A DNA stretch of 64,000 bases from Candidatus Levyibacteriota bacterium. GTDB taxonomy: Bacteria; Patescibacteriota; Microgenomatia; Levybacterales; UBA12049. Both the position numbers and the translations under genes were made by a program. Positions 48,929 to 58,329 of this stretch are shown here, piece by piece. The notes under the pieces were generated by a model, which made no database searches, was not told the origin of the DNA, and saw only the letters and a list, made by a program, of their open reading frames with translations. Location: assembly GCA_003173895.1 (NCBI GenBank), contig PJMG01000012.1, forward strand, positions 35,448 through 99,447, in the 5' to 3' direction. How positions within the stretch are numbered: the first letter of the stretch is position 1; every line of letters starts with the position of its first letter.

Positions 48929-49687
48929 TTATTTTAACATTTTCCTTATTTCTTTTAAATTATTTTCAAGTATTTTAAATTTTTCATTTTTATCAATAGT
49001 TTCAAACTTGAAAATTTCAAATGCTATTGTTCCATTCCAATTTAACTTTTTAATTAGTTTCAATAATTTTTTGATTGGTAAATTCCCTGTAAATAAAGGT
49101 AGATGTTGATTTCCATTTTTATAGTCACTTAAGTGAATTAATTTTATTCTCTTATGATACTGATTAAAAAAATCAATAATATTTATATCAAACGTTCCTA
49201 AATGTGATGTATCCATGGTCATATTTAAATCATTCTTAATACAAAAATTAGCAAAGGCTTCAGGATTAGTCCCTTCTTTATTTACTAAAGAGGCCATGTT
49301 AGTAGTTCCACTTTCAAATGAAATAATTACATTATTTTTTTCACCCCATTTATTAATTTTTTCAATCAAATTTAATCCATTTAAAAATATAGGTTTTCTA
49401 AAATTAAATAAATGAAAATTTAGGACTGGATTTTTAGTATTTGTTAGCTCTAATGCTTTTTTAAGAGTTTTTCTGAGAAAAAAATCACTTTCAAAAAAAA
49501 ACATTAAACGGGGTTCATGTAAACAAACTACAAATTTTTTTTGTTCTTCGGTTAATTTAGTATTTTTATAAAAATCTGAAAGACCCATGTCATAGTCTAA
49601 TCCATCAAAACTAGCTTTTTTCGCGAAATTATAAATTTCATTAAACGAAGAATCTTTAAGAGTGGTAGATAGAGTAATTTTTAGCAT
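48929..49687 (-). CDS. sugar phosphate isomerase/epimerase TIM-barrel family
   Basis: ISFE, DTSH, IHLSD, HLP..G, FE. Confidence 0.8.
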   Translation of the reverse strand: MLKITLSTTLKDSSFNEIYNFAKKASFDGLDYDMGLSDFYKNTKLTEEQKKFVVCLHEPRLMFFFESDFFLRKTLKKALELTNTKNPVLNFHLFNFRKPIFLNGLNLIEKINKWGEKNNVIISFESGTTNMASLVNKEGTNPEAFANFCIKNDLNMTMDTSHLGTFDINIIDFFNQYHKRIKLIHLSDYKNGNQHLPLFTGNLPIKKLLKLIKKLNWNGTIAFEIFKFETIDKNEKFKILENNLKEIRKMLK

Positions 49688-49688
49688 C

Positions 49689-50696
49689 TTAAGTCAATAA
49701 GCGTAGTTCTTCTTCTATAAATTTATCCAAATTTCCATTTAAAACACCTGCAGTATCAGAAGTTTCATACTGCGTCCTTAAATCTTTAACCATGTGATAT
49801 GGGTGTAAAACATACGAGCGAATTTGATTTCCCCATCCAGGCGTTTTATATCCACCTTTTAGTGCTGCTTCAGCTTTTTTACGTTCTTCTTCCTGAATTA
49901 ACCAAAGTTTAGCTTTAAGCATACGTAGAGCATATTCACGATTCTGAAGCTGAGATCTTTCTGTTTGGCAAGTTATGACAATTCCTGTAGGTTTATGTTT
50001 TAAACGAACTGCAGAAGAAACTTTATTTACATTTTGTCCTCCGTGTCCACCTGCTCTAAAAAATTCCCATTCTAAATCTTCATCTTTTACTTCTACATCA
50101 CTATCATTTTCTATTTCTGGAAGGACTTCTACTAAAGCAAATGAAGTCTGACGTAAATTATCCGCGTTAAACGGAGATTGGCGAACCAGTCTATGAGTTC
50201 CTGCTTCAAACTTTAAAAATCCATAAGCATAAGATCCTGTTATTTCTATAGTTATACTTTTAAATCCTGCTTCATCACCTGGTGTTTGATCTATAATTTC
50301 ATATTTCCAACCTTTTTTTTCTATAAATCTGGTATACATACGAAATAAAATTTCACACCAATCCATAGCTTCAGTTCCACCCTGGCCCGAATGAATAGAT
50401 AAAATAGCATTACTCTGATCATGAGCTCCAGAGAAATACAAAAACATTTCCAGTTTTTCTACTATTTTTTCAGCTTCTTCTAAATTATTTTCTTCAAGAT
50501 ACAGCTGAAGCATTTCTATTTCCTCTACTTCTTTTTGCAAATCAGAAAGTTGCTTCATCTTTTCAGATGCGCTTTTATGATCTTGCCAGAAAACAGGATT
50601 TTCACTCTCTTTTTGAAGAGATGTAATTTTTTCTTTTTTAGAATTTATATCCAGTTTTTCTATTATTTTTTCAGCTCGGGCTTTTAATTCATCCAT
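49689..50696 (-). CDS. prfB: peptide chain release factor 2, no programmed frameshift
   Basis: GGTEA, SPF motif, GGQNVNK; continuous ORF. Confidence 0.96.
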   Translation of the reverse strand: MDELKARAEKIIEKLDINSKKEKITSLQKESENPVFWQDHKSASEKMKQLSDLQKEVEEIEMLQLYLEENNLEEAEKIVEKLEMFLYFSGAHDQSNAILSIHSGQGGTEAMDWCEILFRMYTRFIEKKGWKYEIIDQTPGDEAGFKSITIEITGSYAYGFLKFEAGTHRLVRQSPFNADNLRQTSFALVEVLPEIENDSDVEVKDEDLEWEFFRAGGHGGQNVNKVSSAVRLKHKPTGIVITCQTERSQLQNREYALRMLKAKLWLIQEEERKKAEAALKGGYKTPGWGNQIRSYVLHPYHMVKDLRTQYETSDTAGVLNGNLDKFIEEELRLLT

Positions 50697-50762
50697 GTAC
50701 CTATTTTCTCACAGAAAAACTTAAATTCCAAATTCTACAGAATAAATTGATTATTAATTACT

Positions 50763-50930
50763 AAAAGAGAGCAGATGTGTATTTTAAACAGCATTGAAAG
50801 TTTGCTTTATAATAATTTGAAATCTAATTTAACTTTGGTAGCGAACTTTCAAGAGCGAGAATGATATTGAATATTAATTCACAAAGCAATGTTTTCTAGC
50901 GTCTTTTAAAATATACTCTGCGAGCTATAG
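50763..50930 (+). repeat. ~165-bp branched repeat, copy 3
   Basis: GAGCAGATGTGTATTTTAAA..TTGAAAGTTTGCT..AGCGAACTTTCAA..TTTTAAAATATACTCTGCGAGCT. Confidence 0.9.
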
Positions 50931-50965
50931 TAAAAGAGGTTATAAAAGTCCATTTGTTTCAAAAT

Positions 50966-51310
50966 TTATAATTTATCGCAGATTTGAAGGCAGGCGTTTT
51001 TAGCATTATTTAAAGGTGTTTGCGGTAACTGTTGAAGCTCCTGAATAATCTGTCTTACTTGAGGTGAACTGCTAGCTAATTGATTTAAATTAATATTTTT
51101 TGCCTGATCTTGAATAGAGTTAATAGTTCCAGCTACCGCAGAATTTGTAGATGAATTATTAGTAGAAATTTCTATTCCCTTTACCTCTTTTTGTAAAACT
51201 AATGGAACAACAGTCTGCTTTTTATTAAAATAACCATTTTTGTATAAATAAAATCCTCCAACTCCTATTCCAATTAAAAATAAAAAAAGAAAAAATTTCA
51301 TATTATCCAT
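50966..51310 (-). CDS. small membrane-anchored protein
   Basis: N-terminal TM, C-terminal CLQIC. Confidence 0.7.
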   Translation of the reverse strand: MDNMKFFLFLFLIGIGVGGFYLYKNGYFNKKQTVVPLVLQKEVKGIEISTNNSSTNSAVAGTINSIQDQAKNINLNQLASSSPQVRQIIQELQQLPQTPLNNAKNACLQICDKL

Positions 51311-51311
51311 C

Positions 51312-51379
51312 TGTCATTCTGAACATAGTGAAGAATCTCTATCTATAGAATTAGATCCTTCACGTTGCTCAGTATGACA
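51312..51379. repeat. REP-like TGTCAT doublet (68 bp), intergenic
   Basis: TGTCATTCTGAACATAGTGAAGAATCT...AGATCCTTCACGTTGCTCAGTATGACA. Confidence 0.92.
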
Positions 51380-51382
51380 ACT

Positions 51383-52243
51383 TTATCTTAGAAGAAATAT
51401 TACCAAACTTATCCCTCCTGCGATAATACAATAAATTCCAAAGGGAGTAAGTTTATTGGTCTTAAAATATTTCACTAAAAATTTATTTGATAGATATGCA
51501 AATATTCCGGCCATCGCTGCACCAATTAAAATCTGATGCAAATTCCCTCTTTCTGCCTTTCCTAAAATGTGAGGTAATTTTAAAAGTGCTGCGCCACCTA
51601 TGATCGGAGTTGCAAGTAAAAATGAGAATTTAACAGCATCCTCGTGGGATAAACCTGATAATAATCCACCCGATAGTGTCGCTCCAGTTCTAGAAAATCC
51701 CGGTAGAAGAGCTAATAGCTGAGATAATCCTACTTTAAATGATTGCATAAATGAAATTTTAGAAATTCTGGAATCACTTTTAACTAAACTCTCCTCTATC
51801 ATTTTTTTCTTTCTAAGTCCTTCAGCAAAAAGTAGCATAATTCCATTTAGAATTAAAAATATCGCCGCCTCAGATGAAGATGCAAATAATCCCTGAATTT
51901 TTTTTTCAAATATTACTCCAACTAATCCTGCAGGAACTGTGGCAATAATTAAAAGCCACCCTAGTTTTTCATTAATATCATTTTCATTTATTTTTCTATT
52001 TTTAATAGTACGAATAATTCCACTAATTATCGCCATCCAATCTTTTCGATAAATCATAAATAGAACTAAAGCAGTAGCAAAATGTGTAGCGACTAAAAAA
52101 TCTAAAAATGATGAGGAATTCTGGTTAATATGCCAATTAAGCAAGCTAGGTAAAATTACACTGTGGCCCAGACTGGATATAGGAAAAAGTTCTGTAATTC
52201 CTTGAAAAATTCCTAGAATGATTGCTTGAGTAACTGTTAGCAT
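51383..52243 (-). CDS. uppP: undecaprenyl-diphosphatase
   Basis: QGITELFPISSLGH, PGFSRTG, FSFLL. Confidence 0.94.
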   Translation of the reverse strand: MLTVTQAIILGIFQGITELFPISSLGHSVILPSLLNWHINQNSSSFLDFLVATHFATALVLFMIYRKDWMAIISGIIRTIKNRKINENDINEKLGWLLIIATVPAGLVGVIFEKKIQGLFASSSEAAIFLILNGIMLLFAEGLRKKKMIEESLVKSDSRISKISFMQSFKVGLSQLLALLPGFSRTGATLSGGLLSGLSHEDAVKFSFLLATPIIGGAALLKLPHILGKAERGNLHQILIGAAMAGIFAYLSNKFLVKYFKTNKLTPFGIYCIIAGGISLVIFLLR

Positions 52244-52284
52244 GTATTAATATTAACTATTTATATAAAACAAAACAAGATTTA

Positions 52285-52423
52285 ATTGAAAATTTGCTGT
52301 TTAGTAATTTCGTAATTTAATTAAAGTTTGGTATCAAACTTTCAAGAGCGAGAATGATATTCTATATTAATTTATAAAACAATTTTTACGAACGTCTTTT
52401 AAAATATACTCTGCGAGCTATAG
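52285..52423 (+). repeat. branched repeat, copy 4 (left outer arm missing)
   Basis: TTGAAAATTTGCT..AAACTTTCAAGAGCGAGAATGATATT..TTTTAAAATATACTCTGCGAGCTATAG. Confidence 0.88.
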
Positions 52424-52455
52424 ACAAGCCATAAAAACATACTTATACTAAGTTT

Positions 52456-52788
52456 ATGAATTTAAAAGATTTACAAAAAAGATTAGATACTACACTTTCA
52501 CAAATTAAACCAAAATATAAATTATATACTCCCATGGAAAAAGAATTATTGACACAAACTGTAAAGTTAAACGAAGAAGTAGGAGAATTATGTAATGATA
52601 TTTTATCTGTTTTAAAACTTCAGAGAAAATCAAAATTGGAAAAATTTGAAAAGAAAAATTTTTATGAAGAATTCGCTGATGTAATAATTTCTACTATACA
52701 ACTCGCAAATACTGCACATGTAGATATTCAAAGAGCAGTAAATGATAAAGTTAAAAAAATTGAAAAAAGATATATAAAAGACCACTAA
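52456..52788 (+). CDS. MazG-like nucleotide pyrophosphohydrolase
   Basis: KLNEEVGEL...EEFADV. Confidence 0.85.
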   Translation: MNLKDLQKRLDTTLSQIKPKYKLYTPMEKELLTQTVKLNEEVGELCNDILSVLKLQRKSKLEKFEKKNFYEEFADVIISTIQLANTAHVDIQRAVNDKVKKIEKRYIKDH

Positions 52789-52835
52789 GTCTTATTGCAG
52801 AAAAATTTACTTAGAAGTATTATGTTCCTACTCCC

Positions 52836-53987
52836 ATGAATGACATTACTTGTCCAAACTGTGGTAAACCAATTGAAATATCTCAAGCACTTCAACATCA
52901 AATTGAAGAACAAATTACTATTAAATTAAAAAATCAATATACTGAAGAATTTGAAAAACAAAAAGAGAAAATAAAAAAACAAACAGAGGATAAAATTAAA
53001 GAAGATTTAAATCTTCAAATAAAAAATTCTGCTAATGAAGTAGAAGAATCTAAAAAGAAAAATGAACAGTTACAAACACAACTTCTAGAACTTACTAAAA
53101 ACCTTCGTGAATTAAAAGATAAAGATCAAACCAGAGAATTAGAAATGCAAAAAAAACTTTTAGATGAAAGAGAAAAAATGAAAGATGAAATTTCTAAAAA
53201 TATCCAAGAAAAATCAAATTTAGAAATTCTCGAAATGAAAAAGCAACTAGATGATACTAAAAAAGCTCTAGAAGAAGCACAGAGAAAAGCAGCTCAGAAG
53301 TCTCAACAACTACAGGGAGAAGTTTTAGAATTGGAATTAGAGGAACTTTTAAGAAACGCTTTCCCGCTGGACCAAATAGAACCTGTAGCTAAGGGTGTAA
53401 ATGGAGCTGACATCAAACATTTGGTTAAAACCCCTATGGGAAATATTTGCGGCATTATTCTATGGGAGTTTAAAAGAACCAAACATTTTGATGACAAATG
53501 GACTCAAAAACTTAAAGATGATTTAAGAAATGCTAAGGCCAATATCCCAGTTATCGTAAGTATGGAATTACCTCTAGAAGCCAAAAGTGGTATGGGAATT
53601 AAAGATGGAGTTTGGATTTGTAATATGCAATTAGTTATTCCTTTAGCAGAATTATTACGTAAAAATTTATATGATATAGCCCGTCAAAAAGCTATTAATG
53701 ATAAAGCATCAGAGAAAGCAGATTTAATTTATCAGTATATTACTAGTCATGAATTTCAACAACAAGTTGAATCAATTATAGAAACATATACTAGCATGCA
53801 ACAACAATTAATGAAAGAAAAAACTGCATTTGAAAGAATCTGGAAAGTGAGAGAAGGACAAATAGATAAATTACTTCGGGGTACTGCTAATATTATTGGT
53901 AGTATCCAAGGAAAAGGTGCTACTTTACCATCAATTAAAGGATTAAATTTAATTGAAGATGTAGATCAACAAAATTTATTAGAATAA
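52836..53987 (+). CDS. DUF2130 domain protein
   Basis: ITCPNCG, coiled coil, SQQLQGEVLE, GAD, WEFKRTK. Confidence 0.88.
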   Translation: MNDITCPNCGKPIEISQALQHQIEEQITIKLKNQYTEEFEKQKEKIKKQTEDKIKEDLNLQIKNSANEVEESKKKNEQLQTQLLELTKNLRELKDKDQTRELEMQKKLLDEREKMKDEISKNIQEKSNLEILEMKKQLDDTKKALEEAQRKAAQKSQQLQGEVLELELEELLRNAFPLDQIEPVAKGVNGADIKHLVKTPMGNICGIILWEFKRTKHFDDKWTQKLKDDLRNAKANIPVIVSMELPLEAKSGMGIKDGVWICNMQLVIPLAELLRKNLYDIARQKAINDKASEKADLIYQYITSHEFQQQVESIIETYTSMQQQLMKEKTAFERIWKVREGQIDKLLRGTANIIGSIQGKGATLPSIKGLNLIEDVDQQNLLE

Positions 53988-53988
53988 T

Positions 53989-55494
53989 CTATTGATTTAG
54001 CATAGTAGTATTTTCTAGCATCATTTTAGCCTGTTCATAATTTATAACCCACCCTGTATGTAACATACTTTTATAAAATGGTGTTTTAAAAATATTTCCG
54101 TTTTTATCGTATAGTTCAGGATATCCCCCATATTTAAGAATATTATTTTTATACGCATCTAAACCACTCTCAGCATCTGATAAAAATTTAGGATCATAAT
54201 TACCTAAGAGTATTAGAGTCTCTATATATTCCTGGCCTAAATGGCTCCAAATAGATTGTCCCATGTAAGAAGTAGCAAAATAATGAACAAAAAAGTAAAG
54301 ATTATTTACTTCATCTTTTTGAGCATAAAAAAGTGGAAAAGGTTTATCTAAGTTATTTTTCTGAACATAATTTACCATTTTAATTAATTTAGCTCTATCA
54401 TCAGAATTCCTAAAATCTAAAAAATTTAATGAAGTCACTATAAATTCTTCACCAGTATATTCATGATTTTTTATAGATTCTGATGATAAATCATTTATAA
54501 ATAATCCATCCCTATCATCCCAGAAATTTTTTATAATATTTTCTTTCCATTTATTAAAATCACAAGAATTACTATTTAAATAAAAATTCGGACAATTTAT
54601 TTTCAGTCCTAGTGATATAGCATCTTTAGCAGTTCCCCACGCAATTACATTATCATAAAAACTACTTTGTCTTTTTATACTATCTCTAGCACTGGAAAGG
54701 GTAATATCTTTTTTAATTAAGCCTGTATTGGAATCAATAACATAAATTAAATAATTATTTATTGCTTTTGTTAAGGTAAGTTTATAAGTGGAAACTAAAT
54801 TTTTAGCTGCATTTGTAGTTTGTAAGGAATAATTAAAATCATTAATTTTAGCGGGTAAAGAAATAGAAATAAAATTAGGATTTATAGCTGCGTTTAAAGT
54901 ATAAACAATAGCAAAAAGTGAATCCGAAGGATAAGTATTAAAATTAGTTCCTACGAAAGTATTACTGTTTATAGGCGTAAAAGTGGTGTATTCCTGACCA
55001 TTAGTTTGTTTAAGTAACTCTAAATCTATGGCAATTGTTTGTAAAGTGACCCTTTGGCGAGTTTCCCAATCAGATTTAGAACTAGGGATTCGAGAATCAA
55101 GCATAGCACTATAAAAAACACCAAAATTTCTTACATATAGATCAGGAAAATGACCTCCACTTATCGTATATGGGGTATTCACATTAAAACGTTCATTATG
55201 AATTTGATCTATTATCTGTTGCTCATTTCCTTTAAAGGGTCTCTCGGAAAAATAGACATCAGTTTCTACTCTAAATATGGATTGGAAATACATTAATAAT
55301 TTAGAAAATGGACTATTAAAGACATAAAGATTTCTAGTTTTTTTAAGAATTATTTGTCCATTTTTATCAAAAGAAGTAGTAAAAAATGGTTTTACCCAAG
55401 TATTTTTACTATATGGATTATTTTTATCTACCCACCAAAAACCAAGTGAGAAAATTATTATTAAAAAAACAATCAAGCTGAATAACTTCTTCAT
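53989..55494 (-). CDS. membrane-anchored six-hairpin glycosidase-like protein
   Basis: N-terminal TM; LYVRNF, ARD, YDN, FW, GGYPELYD resemble (alpha/alpha)6 glycosidases. Confidence 0.6.
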   Translation of the reverse strand: MKKLFSLIVFLIIIFSLGFWWVDKNNPYSKNTWVKPFFTTSFDKNGQIILKKTRNLYVFNSPFSKLLMYFQSIFRVETDVYFSERPFKGNEQQIIDQIHNERFNVNTPYTISGGHFPDLYVRNFGVFYSAMLDSRIPSSKSDWETRQRVTLQTIAIDLELLKQTNGQEYTTFTPINSNTFVGTNFNTYPSDSLFAIVYTLNAAINPNFISISLPAKINDFNYSLQTTNAAKNLVSTYKLTLTKAINNYLIYVIDSNTGLIKKDITLSSARDSIKRQSSFYDNVIAWGTAKDAISLGLKINCPNFYLNSNSCDFNKWKENIIKNFWDDRDGLFINDLSSESIKNHEYTGEEFIVTSLNFLDFRNSDDRAKLIKMVNYVQKNNLDKPFPLFYAQKDEVNNLYFFVHYFATSYMGQSIWSHLGQEYIETLILLGNYDPKFLSDAESGLDAYKNNILKYGGYPELYDKNGNIFKTPFYKSMLHTGWVINYEQAKMMLENTTMLNQ

Positions 55495-55560
55495 ATATTA
55501 ATTATACTAAAAATTAATTTGATATACTTTAGAAAGAAGAAATTTTATTAAAAAAGATTA

Positions 55561-55727
55561 GAGATGTTGTCTTTTCAATTTTTGGTGAATTGGAATTGTC
55601 TCTTAAATAACTATTATATTATCAATAAGTTTGGCGAGAAAATTCCACTAGCGAAGTCCGACACTTTATTTTAAATCTTAATAAACTTTCCCTGAGCACC
55701 GCCAAAAATTGTGAAAGCAAACATCTC
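55561..55727. repeat. 167-bp branched inverted-repeat element
   Basis: Outer GAGATGTT..CAATTTTTGGTG / CGCCAAAAATTG..AACATCTC; inner TGGAATT.TCTC / GAGA.AATTCCA. Confidence 0.7.
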
Positions 55728-55745
55728 AATAAAATTTAATGTTTA

Positions 55746-56552
55746 ATGTTAAATTCATTTGAAAAAACCATTTTAGAAATAGAAAATTATTGTAATAAAA
55801 ATAATCTTGACCATAGATTTGTTGGTGGTTCTTCTTTTGGAGGTTTATTAAATAAAAAAACCACATGGAAAATAAATATTAAAAATAGAGAAGTAATTTT
55901 AACAAATAATAATAAATTAACTTCACTTAGAAAAGATAAAACCTTAAAGGATATAGATTTAATTATTTTTGAAAAAAATAAAAATAAATTAAAAAGCTTA
56001 AAAAAAATTTATAATAAAAAGTCAAATAAAAAATCACGTTTAAGTTTAGAGAATGCAGTTTATTTTCCGAATAAAATTAATTCTCTCTTACAATTTGTAA
56101 CTACTATTTATATAGATAAAGATAATGAGTATTATCTGCAATTTGGAAATATAAAAGAAAAAATTTTGAAAAAATCACTAGAGGCTTGGACTGTAATTCT
56201 AAATGATAAGTTAAAATATTCTGTCCGGAATCCTATAGCTGATTATTTCGCATATCAATTTCGAAGTCCTGGCGGAATAAAAGAAAAAGATAAAAATAAA
56301 TTAATTTTGCTTAAGAAATTAAGTGATGATGTAATTAAAAACGGGAGGAAAAATAATATCGATTTCTTATTAGATCAGTATTATAATTCCTGGTTTAATT
56401 TTATTCAAAAATTACAAACGTCAAATGATTATAATATTAGAATAAAAAGAACTCTTATGAAAATTTATTGGAAAACTATTGGTGAATATTTAGCACATGG
56501 TAAAGGAATTACAAAATATTTCCAATTTTTATCAGATAAGTTCACAGGATAA
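55746..56552 (+). CDS. hypothetical protein, nucleotidyltransferase-like
   Basis: FVGG and KDIDL motifs of the pol-beta-type NTase fold; very basic. Confidence 0.6.
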   Translation: MLNSFEKTILEIENYCNKNNLDHRFVGGSSFGGLLNKKTTWKINIKNREVILTNNNKLTSLRKDKTLKDIDLIIFEKNKNKLKSLKKIYNKKSNKKSRLSLENAVYFPNKINSLLQFVTTIYIDKDNEYYLQFGNIKEKILKKSLEAWTVILNDKLKYSVRNPIADYFAYQFRSPGGIKEKDKNKLILLKKLSDDVIKNGRKNNIDFLLDQYYNSWFNFIQKLQTSNDYNIRIKRTLMKIYWKTIGEYLAHGKGITKYFQFLSDKFTG

Positions 56553-56557
56553 ATATT

Positions 56558-57382
56558 TTACAATACTTTTTTAATTAATTTTTCTGTGTTAGTTAACGTT
56601 TGAGTTAATGCAAAATGCATTAAAGTTTGAGTTATTGGTAGAGCCTTTTGCATGTTTACAAATCCACTATCTAGAAGCATTAAATGATATTCATCATTAT
56701 TCCTAATTATTTCTAGATTCCCTTCTCCTAAAAGATCTGGCTCTAATTCATAATCTTTTAAGAGTGTATTACACAATTTTTTAAAAGCATTAAATTCTTT
56801 AATTAAAATTTTTCTTTGATCATCATTTAATTTTTTCTTTACTCTTGATGGTTTTACTACATGTAAAAATGGTTGTAACACTAATGTTCTTTCAGTTGTA
56901 ATTCCTTCCTCTTGTAATTTAGCCCAGATAATTTCTTCGGGTTTTGGCAGTAAATTATTTAATTCTTTGTATTTCTTTAATTCTTTCTTTAAAATATCTA
57001 AGTGTTTTTTCCTTTCTTTATAATAATCCTCTGTAGATGGATCGCCAAAATCTACTACCAATGATAATTTATATCCTATTTTTAAAACCCACTTTTTTAT
57101 ATCCTCACCAACAAATGTTTTAAAAGTTATTAATTTACTATTAAACCCTTTTTTAAAATGTTTTACTTCAAAAAACTCTCCACTTTCTCCAAATATTTCT
57201 TTAAAAACTAGATTTGAAGCTTTATTATTTTTTAGATAATTTCTAAAGTAAATCAGAAAACCAATTGCTTCTTCCATTTCTGTATGAGTCCAGATAAATT
57301 TATCTTTTATTTTTCCGCCTATTCTATATAGAAATGATGTGGATTCTCTATATAGAGCTTTAACAATATTTTTAGTTTTCAT
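56558..57382 (-). CDS. hypothetical protein, protein-kinase-like fold
   Basis: KGFNS, WVLKIG, LVLQPF, PDLLGEGN, LLDSG; start ATG 57382. Confidence 0.55.
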   Translation of the reverse strand: MKTKNIVKALYRESTSFLYRIGGKIKDKFIWTHTEMEEAIGFLIYFRNYLKNNKASNLVFKEIFGESGEFFEVKHFKKGFNSKLITFKTFVGEDIKKWVLKIGYKLSLVVDFGDPSTEDYYKERKKHLDILKKELKKYKELNNLLPKPEEIIWAKLQEEGITTERTLVLQPFLHVVKPSRVKKKLNDDQRKILIKEFNAFKKLCNTLLKDYELEPDLLGEGNLEIIRNNDEYHLMLLDSGFVNMQKALPITQTLMHFALTQTLTNTEKLIKKVL

Positions 57383-57420
57383 TGTCTTAATTTTACCTGT
57401 ATTTGATAAAATATGCACAT

Positions 57421-58329
57421 ATGAATCTTTCTAAAGCTCAAAATAACTCTATGCGAAAAATTCTTCAAATTTTTGAGCCAATACTTAATAGAATTATTGA
57501 TTCTAAACTTTCTCCCAATGAAATTTCACTTTTAGGACTTAATAAATCAATTCATGGTTTAAATAAAATTTTTAATTCTAAAAATATATCGGTTAAATTT
57601 TATGGTTTTTATTTATTCTCTTTTGGTGAATTCCTAGATCTCTTAGATGGCATCCGCGCCCGATCTCAGGGTAAAGCAAGAAGCGTAAAGGGTAAAGAAA
57701 AAACACATCAAAAACTTTACATTTCACCCTTAACTCTTAACACTTTAAACGGTCAGCTTCTCGATGGTTTCTGTGACCGTGTTAAAGAATTTTATTATTT
57801 TTATAAAAAAACAAATTTTAATAAGCAATTTGGAATTTCTTGTATTTTACCTAGCATTGCCCGTGCTGCTAATGAACTTTTAAATCAAACAGTTTCTGAA
57901 AAAGATGAAAAAGGTGGAAGTATGTTAGATAGAACCAGATTAATTTTTATTTCATTATTTTTTTACATTTTAGGTTTTACCAAAAAATCTCTACAAATAG
58001 ATCAAATAATTTATGAAAGAAATTTAGCCACTTTTAGTAATAGAATTAATAAAATAAATTTTGAAAAATTAGAAAAATATCCACCAGCTGGCGGAGAAAA
58101 GGATTTAAATGAATTTCAAAAAAAAGCACTAATTCGTTTGAAATTTTATTTAAAACTATATAAAGAAGAACAGTTAGTTTGTCATTCTGAACAAGGCGAA
58201 GAATTTCAATTTATAAAAAAATTAGATCAATTAAAAATTTTAAAATCCGTAAATTTAAAAAATGAAGAAAAATTATTTAGCTTATTTAATAATTTTTTTC
58301 CGATAAATAAATGCTATCATTCCCAATGA
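57421..58329 (+). CDS. divergent CDP-alcohol phosphotransferase-like protein with three in-frame repeat inserts
   Basis: SPNEIS, DLLDGIRAR...GQLLDGFCDR signature; start ATG 57421. Confidence 0.7.
   Translation: MNLSKAQNNSMRKILQIFEPILNRIIDSKLSPNEISLLGLNKSIHGLNKIFNSKNISVKFYGFYLFSFGEFLDLLDGIRARSQGKARSVKGKEKTHQKLYISPLTLNTLNGQLLDGFCDRVKEFYYFYKKTNFNKQFGISCILPSIARAANELLNQTVSEKDEKGGSMLDRTRLIFISLFFYILGFTKKSLQIDQIIYERNLATFSNRINKINFEKLEKYPPAGGEKDLNEFQKKALIRLKFYLKLYKEEQLVCHSEQGEEFQFIKKLDQLKILKSVNLKNEEKLFSLFNNFFPINKCYHSQ
57681..57738. repeat. inverted heptamer-type element inside CDP-alcohol motif
   Basis: AAGCGTAAAGGGTAAAG...TTTCACCCTTAACTCTT imperfect inverted arms. Confidence 0.75.
58080..58096. repeat. 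GC-rich palindrome (PPAGG element) in frame
   Basis: TCCACCAGCTGGCGGAG, one mismatch to recJ copy. Confidence 0.8.
58180..58207. repeat. REP-like TGTCAT singlet in frame
   Basis: TGTCATTCTGAACAAGGCGAAGAATTTC; encodes CHSEQGEEF. Confidence 0.82.

Noticed and set aside
49689-50696. Alternative genetic code (UGA=Gly)
   Set aside because: RF2 present, TGA stops used, genes intact under code 11.
52456-53987. MazG-like plus DUF2130 as an antiphage pair
   Set aside because: Both are common stand-alone genes; no defence-island context supports it.
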